DNA of 63,884 nt, counting the filler, from Octopus bimaculoides (lineage: Eukaryota): assembly GCF_001194135.2 (NCBI RefSeq). It is 5 parts of 4 records of this genome, joined end to end, with 100 filler letters (N's around TTAATTAATTAA, not from the genome) between each part and the next. Parts side by side here need not be neighbours in the genome. Positions count along the whole stretch, not along the records: positions 1 to 17,821 come from NC_068985.1; positions 17,922 to 35,181 come from NC_068989.1; 3 more parts are not named here. One strand, written 5' to 3'. Made by a program: the position numbers and the translations under genes. Shown in pieces: positions 14,875 to 24,790 of the stretch; within the stretch, counting starts at the first letter, position 1; each line of letters opens with the position of its first letter. The notes beneath the pieces are model-generated. The model was not told where the DNA came from. It did not search any database and was given only the letters and a program-made list of their open reading frames with translations.

Positions 14875-15310
14875 GATCGGCACATCGAGAAATTAATTTT
14901 CTGTAACTAAACACTTTCAAACTTCGGACACTGGTAGAATGTGTCATATAAAACATCTTTTACTCGTAGTGTTGCTGAGAAAAGTTTCTATTTTTAAAGT
15001 TATTTCGTGTTAAAATTGTTGTATTTCGGTAATTTCAACTAATCAATGACGTGTATTCAGCTGAATAAAATTACTGTCGTTGTTTGTCAACAACAACTAT
15101 CGGCGGTGTATATTTCGCTTGTCACTGTTATTTATGACATCGTTCGTGCATTTGTGCTGGTTTTAGCTTTAGGGTTTTAGGGTCAGGGTTAGTGTTTTAG
15201 GGTCAGGGTTGGGGTTTTAAGGTTAGGGATAGGGTTTAGAGTTAGGGATAGGGTTCGTGTTTTAGAGTTAGGGTTAGGGTTTTAGGTTCAGGGTCAGGGT
15301 TTTAGGGTTC
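14875..15310 (+). mobile_element. Interspersed repeat ending in a degenerate TTAGGG/TCAGGG array
   Basis: Unique segment followed by about 145 bp of telomere-like repeats (15165-15310). Shares the TTCGGTAATTT motif with the element at 55078. Confidence 0.5.
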
Positions 15311-15319
15311 TGCCGTCGT

Positions 15320-15590
15320 TCAGACACAGCCACAAAAGCCACACAACAGGTTATCCAGTATGGTATAGGCACTTGAAGAGAAGAACGTGAAGAAAACCTG
15401 TATAATCTGGGGCATTATAGATAAGACCAGCAGATATGCAGGTTGGGGCAGAAAATGCAACATCTGTATTACGGGAAAAATGAATATTATAACATGAACA
15501 ATAAACGTTTTGTATATTAGGGAGGAAACATTCTCCCATACATGCATGTATAAGAAACAATTCATTCTCCAAAATCTCAAGCATCAGCCC
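15320..15590 (+). mobile_element. Penelope-like element C-terminal fragment
   Basis: Peptides ALEEKNVKKTCIIWGIIDKTSRYAGWGRKCNICITGK and ETFSHTCMYKKQFILQNLK resemble the C-terminus of PLE GIY-YIG proteins. Confidence 0.6.
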
Positions 15591-15896
15591 AAACTCCCAC
15601 TGTGCTACACCTCCAGTCCGCAAGTTTTTGGATATCGAGGATATGCACATCATGCTTCATATGTACATTATACGTTAGACATATTATCTCATGGGCTTAT
15701 GCTGGATACCCTAATTACACTATTTATATGCATAGCACATATGCATGATATCACATTATTCACAGAGAGACATGTAAATGAGTTTTTGAACTTAGAACTC
15801 CGTTTAGGAAGTTTGGCGTCAATGGAATTCATAAATATTTATAAGCACATACTAAGGCATGAACAAAACGCATGTATATATATATATATATATATT

Positions 15897-17800
15897 AGCA
15901 GGTCCCGCAAGCGAAATTTACTGCCTCAGTAACTTCTTAGATACCCTCTTAAAACCTTTCCTCAAGCATGTCAAAAACTATATAAGGGACGACCAGGTAT
16001 GTTCAGTCACCTTCCTGAAACAATAAACAAAAACATCCTACTAGTATCCTTCGATGTAGTTAACCTCTATTCCAATATCCACCCCAACCTAGGAATAGAC
16101 GCAATTCAATTCTGGCTAGAGAATTACGCCAACGAACTCCCACACTGTATCAAAAAAGAATCCGTGGTAGAAGGGCTAAAATTCATTTTGGAGAATAACT
16201 ACTTCGTCTTCAAAGACAACTTCTATCGACAAAAATCAGGGACTGCGGTGGGTACGAGAGTAGCCCCCTCCGTTGCAAACCCAGTCATGGCTTATCTAAA
16301 AATTAGTCTTTATCATAAGTTTCTAGAGAAATACGGCAGCCCACCCTCCCTCTGTATAGAAAATAACTGGATGACTCTTTCATTCTTTGGCATGAAAGTA
16401 TAGAGAGACTTAAAGAATTCCAAGCACTTATAAATGGACTTGGCGTAAACATTCAATTGACGATGAAATATAGCCGTCAACAACTTCCCTTCCTCGACAT
16501 CCTCATTAATAAATCTAACAACGTAATAGAAACAGATATATACTATAAGCCCACAGACTCCAAGCAATATCTACCGTTCAACTCATGCCACTGCAGACAC
16601 ACCATCAAAAGGGGATATGTACTATGGTTTCTAATGCAAGCACCAGAGACACACGACTACATGAACTAAAGGATACACTCATCATCAGGAACTACCCACC
16701 TTCACTAATTGACATGTGCTTTTAACGTGCCCTACAACTCAACATCCATGAACACAGACATCCCAGATTAAAGAAAGATTTACAACCAAAAACCCTATCA
16801 TACATCTCCACACACAACCCTCATAACAATGAAGCCTTCGACACCAACCTTCAAAACATCCCCCTCCTAAAAAAGGACCACCATCATAAAATGCAAGAAA
16901 CAACCCAAATCTATGAGAAGTCTTCTAACACAAGCCCGGATCCGCTCAGTAACAACACAGAAACCGTCAGTAAAAAAATGCAGAAGACCAAACTGTGGGA
17001 TATGCGTCAATTTAATTGAAGAATCAGAGTTCACCTTCAAAGAGGGACAATGTTTCATAGTGAAAAGCAGCTTCACATGTGCTTCAGAGAACCTGATATA
17101 CGCACTAACCTGCTCCGGTGCCAAGAATAATACATAGACCAAACAAAAACAGTCTACATCAAAGTATGGCTCTGCACAGATCCTAGATCAAAATTCCCCA
17201 AAACAGAAAAATAGCATTCAGCCAACACATCGACATTTGCGCCAATGACAAAAAGAAACAAGTTTCAGAATTTTTCCCATCTACCAATTCAAGGACGATA
17301 CAAACTGTAACCAATGAATTAGTAAAGAGACTCTCTTTATTACAAAATACAGACCCCTTTTGAACGCATCTATAACAAACGACATATCCACCACGGTCTT
17401 AGAATAACACAAACACACACGTAAATTTTACAAATGATACATTCACGAGATTTCCAAGATTTCATTAAAAAACAGTCCCAATCACTGCAATAATCCACAA
17501 CGAGCCACTTTTAGGTCACTTGGCCATTTAACATCCTACTACAACGATACCACCTGCATTCCTTTATTATTCTCTCTTCTCTTTCTCCTATTTTTTATTC
17601 GTCTTCTTCCTCTCCGCCACCTCTTTCCTTACTTTACTACTAATGCTGTTTAGAATAACACCTACACAAATATAAACAATACATTCAAAAGAGATGTCTC
17701 AAGAATTCAATCACTACTACCATCCACAACAAGTCACTTTCAGGGCACTTGACCATTTAACATCCTACTACTATCATGGCACTCCCACATTCTTTTCCTC
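15897..17800 (+). mobile_element. Decayed Penelope-like element (RT plus GIY-YIG) with duplicated 3' segment
   Basis: RT motifs LVSFDVVNLYSNI, YRQKSGTAVGTRVAPSVAN, LPFLDILI and DIYYKPTDSKQYL. CxxxxCxxC linker (KCRRPNCGIC) and FTCASENLIYALTC precede the endonuclease. Confidence 0.88.
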
Positions 17801-17984
17801 CTCCTCCTCCTCCTCCTCCTCNNNNNNNNNNNNNNNNNNNNNNNNNNNNNNNNNNNNNNNNNNNNTTAATTAATTAANNNNNNNNNNNNNNNNNNNNNNN
17901 NNNNNNNNNNNNNNNNNNNNNATATATATATATATATATATACATATATATACATATATATATATATACACAGTAGGGGATGGG

Positions 17985-18200
17985 CATCAGGTATATTTTT
18001 GCAAATTTGAGGAAGTTCTCTCCATGCCATGAGGCACATCAGGCCCCAACATCAACTCTCCAACCAGCTCAGTTTTCTGCCACTGTTCTGGTCTCATTCC
18101 AGCTTTTCCACCCTTTCCACCTCCTTTCCTTGTCTATGGTCCTTCACTATGTGGTTTTAGAGTGCCCTGCTTCTCTTTTCCTCTCAGGCTGCCACTGAGG
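17985..18200 (-). mobile_element. RTE-clade LINE 3' end fragment
   Basis: Minus-strand peptide WQPERKREAGHSKTT..RTIDKERRWKGWKSWNETRTVAEN resembles the RTE C-terminus. Confidence 0.55.
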
Positions 18201-18399
18201 ACTAGAATATATCAAATCATGATTAATGTCCACTTTTCCATGCTTGTATGAGTCAGATGAAATTCATTGAGGCTGGATGCTCTTCCTGTGGTCAACCTTC
18301 AAACAAGGTAATATATTGCCATGGAAGACAGGAAAGAAACAACATCACTTGTATGGTAGTGATGCTCATTTACAATTATCACATGATGTCCAAACAAGG

Positions 18400-18439
<40 letters not shown>

Positions 18440-18689
18440 CTTTTATCCTTTAAAAGGCGGTGAGCTGGCAGAAATGTTAGCATGCTGGGCGAAATGCTTG
18501 GTCGTATTTCGTCTGCCACTACGTTCTGAGTTCAAATTCCGCCGAGGTTGACTTTGCCTTTCATCCTTTCGGGGTCGATTTAAATAAGTACCAGTTACGC
18601 ACTTGGGTCAATATAATCGACTTAATCCATTTGTCTGTCCTTGTTTGTCCCCTCTGTGTGTAGCCCCTAACACATCTTTTATCCTTTAT

Positions 18690-19060
18690 CTTTTACTTGT
18701 TTCAGTCATTAGACTGCAGCCATGTTGGGGCACCACTTTGAATATTTTAGTCAAATAAATTAACCCCACTACTTATTTTTTTCGTAAGCCTGGCACTATC
18801 AGTATCTTTTGCCAAACTGCTAAGTTATGTGGATGTAAACATACCAACACCAGTTGTCAAGCAGTGGTGGAGGAAAAACAGATAAAAACACACACACACA
18901 TACATACATACATATACGATAGGCTTCTTTTGGTTTCTGTCTACTGAATCCACTCACAAGGCTTTGGTTGGCTTGAGAGCATAGTAAAAGACACTTGCCC
19001 AAGGTGCCATGCAGTGGCACTGAACTCAGAACCATGTGGTTTGGAAACAAGCTTCTTACC
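18690..19060 (-). mobile_element. SINE family A copy
   Basis: Colinear with the 32771 copy on the reverse strand; CpG-decayed. Confidence 0.8.
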
Positions 19061-19627
19061 TTATCAGAAATTATTGACCATATCTTCTATTTTTTCCTTT
19101 TTTTTTTATTGTTCTTTATTTTTTGTTATATACAATAATAAATGCAAACCAAAACAAGAAATACTTCTAAAATAGTAATCTCCAGTTAATTATTCAAGAT
19201 TCACTATAATTACTCACACAAGACTCTGTTATTCATTATCTACAAATTTAATTATTTCATTAATATTCCAGCTGTCAAGAAATAAATTGACTCAGTCAAG
19301 CTCACTCAGTAGGGGAAATCAGGAAAAACAGAAGAAAAACATAGAAATAAAAGAGAAATAAAGATTAAAGTAAAAAGACTAAAGATTGTTGAATTGTATT
19401 ACGGAAGTGATATAAAACTACCACAACTATCATAACTATCAACAGCTAAATACATTCTAATAAAAGTGCAGGCATGGCTGTGTGGTTAAGAAGCTTGCTT
19501 CCCAATCATGTGGTCTTAGGTTCAGTCCCACTGTGCAGCATCATGTGCAAATATTTTCAACTATAGCCCCAGGACAATTAAGGCCTTGTGAATGGATATG
19601 GTGGACAGAAACTGAAAGAAGACCTTC

Positions 19628-19684
<57 letters not shown>

Positions 19685-20077
19685 CATATACATACACAAG
19701 TAAGCACATAAATGCAAAATGAGGCGGCAAAAATAGTACTCGAATACCAAAGACAGAGTAATATGCTTTTTTATTAAAGCTGCAAAAACATCACAAAAAA
19801 ACTGTTNNNNNNNNNNNNNNNNNNNNNNNNNNNNNNNNNNNNNNNNNNNNNNNNNNNNNNNNNNNNNNNNNNNNNNNNNNNNNNNNNNNNNNNNNNNNNN
19901 NNNNNNNNNNNNNNNNNNNNNNNNNNNNNNNNNNNNNNNNNNNNNNNNNNNNNNNNNNNNNNNNNNNNNNNNNNNNNNNNNNNNNNNNNNNNNNNNNNNN
20001 NNNNNNNNNNNNNNNNNNNNNNNNNNNNNNNNNNNNNNNNNNNNNNNNNNNNNNNNNNNNNNNNNNNNNNNNNNNNN

Positions 20078-20116
<39 letters not shown>

Positions 20117-20204
20117 TAATATACTGATCCATGACAGAAAACTCAACAAAAAAAAGTACTCCATCTGGTGAGAGATAAATATTATTTATTTAAAAGTCAC
20201 ACTA

Positions 20205-20508
20205 CATGTATTAAAGCATTACAAATAGTTTCATACATTGAGAAAACTCAAACATATTCTTCAGGTACAAACCACATATAACGACATAAAGAACTTGAAT
20301 AATAGAAGAAACAGGAAAAAATTGAGAAGGCAGCACATAGAAAACGCAGACAGTAAACGACTGTGTTTTCTATAAGCTGCCGTCTCAATTTTTTCGCATT
20401 TCTTCTATTACTCAATTTCCTTAGTTCATTATGATATGTGGTTTGCACCTGAAGAATATGTCTGAGTTTTCTCAACATATGAAACTATTAGTGGTGCTTT
20501 AATACATG
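20205..20508. repeat. 304-bp palindromic (foldback) repeat with a hammerhead ribozyme core in each arm
   Basis: The left arm is the reverse complement of the right arm along its whole length, with a short central loop near 20355-20365. Each arm carries CTGAAGA-stem-GAAAC. Confidence 0.8.
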
Positions 20509-21340
20509 AATTGTGACCCGTCAATAAATAATATATATACATATATCATTATCATCATCATCATTTAATGTCTGTTTTCCATTCTGGCATGGGTTGGATT
20601 GTTTGGCTAAAGCTGGCAATCTGGAGAGCTGCAACAAGTTCCAGTCATGTGTTTTAACTTGGCTTCCACAGCTGGATGCCCTTCCTAATGTCAACTGCTT
20701 TACAGAGTGTAATGGGTGCTTTTTACGTGTGTGTGTGTGTGTGTGTGCTGCCTCACAACATCAGACATCTCCTACACCTCCTGATACCCCCTACACCTCC
20801 TGGCATCCCCTACACCTCCTGGCACCACCTACACCTCCTGGCACCTCTGTCCTACTCACTCCTACCCACCTGTTCCTTAACAGTTCACTCTAACACCTTA
20901 TTCTAATTTTCAGCTCACCCTTTTATCTAAAGCATGAACTGCCATGTAGTTTCTCTTCAACAAAAAACCTATTCTGCTCCAGCCCTTTTCTCTCATACTT
21001 TACCCCTCTTTACTCTTTATTCCCTTTGCGTAAATTTCCCCCCCACCCCACTCGAGGTTCATAGTCTTTCAAGCTGCATGACAACTTCACTAGTACAGAT
21101 GGCATGTAAAAGGCACCCAGTACATGCTGTAAAGTGGTTGGCATTAGGAAGGGCATTCAGCAATAGAAACCATACCAAACAGTATGATGCAGTCCTGAGG
21201 ACCATCAGATCCCGTCAAACTGTCCAACCCATGTCAACATGGAACATTGATGTTTAAATGATGATGATGATGATAAGGATGCGTGTGCATGTGTGTGTGT
21301 GTGTGGCCTTGATTGATATCATGTGGTGATTATAAACTGA

Positions 21341-21493
21341 GGGCTGTGTGGTAAGATGCTTGCTTCCAAACCACATGGTTCTAGATCCAGTCCCACTGCA
21401 TGGCATCTTGGGCAAGTGTCTTCTACTATAGCCTCGGGCCGACCAAAGCCTTGTGAGTGGATTTAGTAGATGGAAACTGAGAGAAGCCTGTCA

Positions 21494-21541
<48 letters not shown>

Positions 21542-21780
21542 TTTGTGCCTATGTTTGTTCCCCCCACTCCCATCACTACTTGGCAACTGGTATTGGTGTG
21601 TTTACATCCCCATAATTTAGCAGTTCAGCAAAATAGACTGATAGAATAAGTACCAGGCTTCAAAAAAATAGGTCCTGGGCTTTGATTTGTTCGAGTAAAA
21701 ACACTTCAAGGCAGTGCTCTAGCACTCTAGCATGGCCACTGTCAAATGACTGAAACAAGTAAAAAAAAAATAAAATAAAA
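21341..21780 (+). mobile_element. SINE family A copy
   Basis: Head, body, (TG)n and tail colinear with the 32771 copy. Confidence 0.8.
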
Positions 21781-22259
21781 GAATCACCATCATACAAACA
21801 ATTTCCAAGCTTGCTCATTTCCAGACTTCCACAGTGAAATATTATCTTCATTGGAAATAGGTGGGGGTTGGCAACAGAAAGGAGGCATCCAGCTGTAGAA
21901 AATCTGCCTCAACAAATTCCATCTGATTCATGCAAGCATGGAAAAGAGGACAGTAAATGATGATGACATTGTCACCTTAAGCAAGTCTCAAGACCTCCAT
22001 TCGTGTTGGACAAAAGCATAGTTATTGAATGGTTGCTATTGTTAAATCTATAAGCAGAGAGGAGATTACAGAGGGAGAATGTTCTGAAGAGGAAGAACTG
22101 GCTTAATAGTTAATGCACAGCTTAGTGGAATGGACACAAGGTTGATGGGAGGAGGAAAGACAAATGGGTCAGGAATATCTGAGTGGAGGAAGTACAAGAC
22201 ACCAAAGAGCATAGGCCATTACAGTGCTTGTTTGTTTCATGCTCTTGCTTGATAGAGCT

Positions 22260-22720
22260 GGGGATCATCCCAGGTTAGTGGCTCCATTATGTATAGAGCT
22301 GGTCCCGTCATGCATAGAGCTGGTCCCATCATGCATAGAGCTGGTCCCATTACACATAGAGCTGACCAGGTCCACCAGTGCTCTCCATCGCTGGAGGTCC
22401 TGCACCGGCACCTCTGCATCCTCCAAAGTGACATCAAGTCTCTGGAGATCTTCTCCAATCATGTCCAGCCATCTGGTGCAGGGTCTGCCACAAGGCCTCT
22501 TTCAGCCCACAGCTGCTACATTAGATGGGAGTAAAGCCCTGACAGAATGATATAGCTGGAGATGAATGACATGTCCATATCAGCACATGCAACTGTGAGG
22601 TAGGAGGCTGTAGGTTGATGCGTGCACTGGAAACATGATGGTACCACAGTAGTGGTGGAAAAAGCAGGGAGGCCAAGACTGTAGGCAAGAGGCTTGAGTG
22701 AATCTGTCAATAATTTTAAA
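22260..22720 (-). mobile_element. RTE-clade LINE 3' end with 21-bp tandem tail repeats
   Basis: Peptide (W)LDMIGEDLQRLDVTLEDAEVPVQDLQRWRALV. Tandem ATAGAGCTGGTCCCATCATGC units at about 22290-22365. Confidence 0.6.
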
Positions 22721-22829
22721 CCAATGAGTTAAGTGACCTTTTCTCTGGACACTGAGGTTAACTTTGCTTTTCATTCTTCCAAGGGTTAATAAAATAAAGT
22801 ACCAATCCAGTACTTTTTATCTACTTTTT

Positions 22830-23152
22830 TTTATTCTTTTACTTGTTTCAGTCATTAGGCTGCAGCCATGCTGGGGTACCGCCTTGAAGAAATTTTAGTC
22901 GAATGAACTGACCCCAGTGCTTATATTATCAATCTCCTTTTATTGAAACGCTAAGTTGTGGGGACGTAAAGAACACTGGCTGTCATGCAGTGGTGGGGAC
23001 AAATACAGACACACACACACAAACCTCTATATACCATGGGCTTCTTTCAGTTTCCATGTACCAAATGCACTCACAAGGTGCCATGTGGTGGGACTGAACT
23101 TAAACCATGCAGTTGGAAAGCAAGCTTCTTACCACACAGCTATGCCTGTGCC
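22830..23152 (-). mobile_element. SINE family A copy directly downstream of the 5S pseudogene
   Basis: Colinear with the family consensus, with an internal deletion. Confidence 0.78.
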
Positions 23153-23161
23153 TAAAAGTGA

Positions 23162-23281
23162 GATGCTTACAGCGTCTAGGTTTCCCAAGCGGTTACCCAT
23201 CTAAGTACTAACTAGGCTCAACGTTGCTTAACTCTGGTGATCAGACAAGAACCAGTGCATTCAGCATGATATGGTCACATT
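23162..23281 (-). pseudogene. Full-length 5S rRNA pseudogene in a DPH7 intron
   Basis: Reverse complement GTGACCATATCATGCTGAATGCACTGGTTCTTGTCTGATCACCAGAGTTAAGCAACGTTGAGCCTAGTTAGTACTTAGATGGGTAACCGCTTGGGAAACCTAGACGCTGTAAGCATCT is colinear with metazoan 5S rRNA. Box A and box C are recognisable; many differences are CpG-type transitions. Confidence 0.85.
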
Positions 23282-23712
23282 CCTAGCAATAAGAGTCCCT
23301 AATTGTTTTTGCCTGCTCTTTTTACACAGTTAGGGTTATAAAGCAAAAAAAGGGAGTGGAAAGGGAAGGGGGGAAAGGGGTTAAGTGATTGGCATAAGGA
23401 AGAACCATCCAGCTGTAGAAACCATCTTAAAGAAAACACAAGGGCATGATGTGCTGTCTTGGACATATCAAATCCTGTCGGGCAGCAGTCTAATGACTGA
23501 AACAGATAAAAGATTTTTTTTAAAGTAGATAAAAGAGTGAATCCAATGACCATGTATTCAGTAAGGTGATGGTGCTAATAACTGTTTCTAACACAGACAC
23601 AAGACCAGAAATTTTGGGGGAGGTGTCAGTTCATTACATTGACCCCAGTACTGGATTGGTACTTTATTTTATTAACCCTTAGAAGGATGAAAGGATGGTA
23701 AATGATGATGAT

Positions 23713-23750
<38 letters not shown>

Positions 23751-23821
23751 ATGAAACATGTCAACAAAAACAAGCAGAAAAAAATGGAAACAAACACAAC
23801 TAGTTCAACTATTAGACTCAC

Positions 23822-23894
23822 ATTTTGCTGGTGAAAACTGGTTTGCTCTGTGAACTTCTCAGATCCCAACCTTTAAATCGACAATCATCCCCAC
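23822..23894 (-). CDS. DPH7: DPH7/WDR85 coding exon 4
   Basis: tcttcAG acceptor and GTGAGT donor, 73 nt (phase 1 to phase 2). Reads (G)GDDCRFKGWDLRSSQSKPVFTSK, matching DPH7 SGGDD..L.GWD.R. In frame with exon 3. Confidence 0.9.
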
Positions 23895-24569
23895 CTGAAG
23901 ATAACAACAATTACAAATAAAAAAACTCCTTCATTTCTTATATAGAAACTACTGCACACCTCAAATCAAGAAACAAAAGAAAATATACAGAAATAATAAT
24001 TGTCAAACATTTGTGTATATCATTAAATTAAACTATTATTTACCCTTTTGAAATACAATATTTTTGTCTCGTTTAATTTTGAAAATAGTGACTGATTTAT
24101 TAAAATAGTTTTGTTATTATTAAGTTGATTTTTGAAACATAAATTAACATGAAATTTTCATATAAAGTTTTAATTTAGACCACTTTAAAATGAGAAGCTT
24201 GCGCCATAGAATCAGGGGTAGTCCAAGCAAATTAATTAATGGTAATAATTGATAACTTTAAAGCGGTAAGCTGGCAGAATTGTTGGCACACTGGGCAAAA
24301 TACTTGGCAACGTTTCATCCATCTTTATGCTCTGAGTTCAAATTCTGTCAAGGTCGACTTTACCTTTCATCCCTTCAGGGTCGATAAAAGCAGTACCAGT
24401 CGAAGGCTGGGATCTTGCTAGCCTTACTAGCTGAACTTGCTAGCCTTGTGCTAAAATTTGAAACTAATAATTAATAAATTTAATTTTATAAATAGCTTAC
24501 AAAATCCTACAACTTCATCATCTATTTAATTTTAATTAACAGCTAATTAAAATTATGATTAAATTATAA

Positions 24570-24790
24570 CCCGTTAGCACCCATGGTCCTTTTTTAGGAC
24601 CAGAAGGATACTCCATCATATTTCTGCAACACCTGTATTTTTTTGAGATATCTTTAGTTAGTCATCAAGACTGAAATGTCTTTCAAATATTGTAATAATT
24701 TTTTTTTTTAATATTTAGTATCAAATAAAGTTGTATAAAAAAAAGATTTTTCGTAATGAATTAAATAAAAAAAAATTGGGCACTAATGGG
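24570..24790. mobile_element. piggyBac-type MITE
   Basis: Imperfect TIRs CCCGTTAGCACCCA / TGGGCACTAATGGG, flanked by ATAA and TTAA. Confidence 0.6.

Noticed and set aside
17866-17877. TTAATTAATTAA embedded in N runs (also near 35226, 48759 and 59128)
   Set aside because: An identical palindromic 12-mer centred in gaps four times is most simply an assembler-inserted scaffold linker, not biology.
21780-21860. EDNISLWK peptide resembling the DPH7 C-terminal DH.L.LW motif
   Set aside because: No suitable acceptor or TCSFYD motif, and it adjoins a dispersed repeat.
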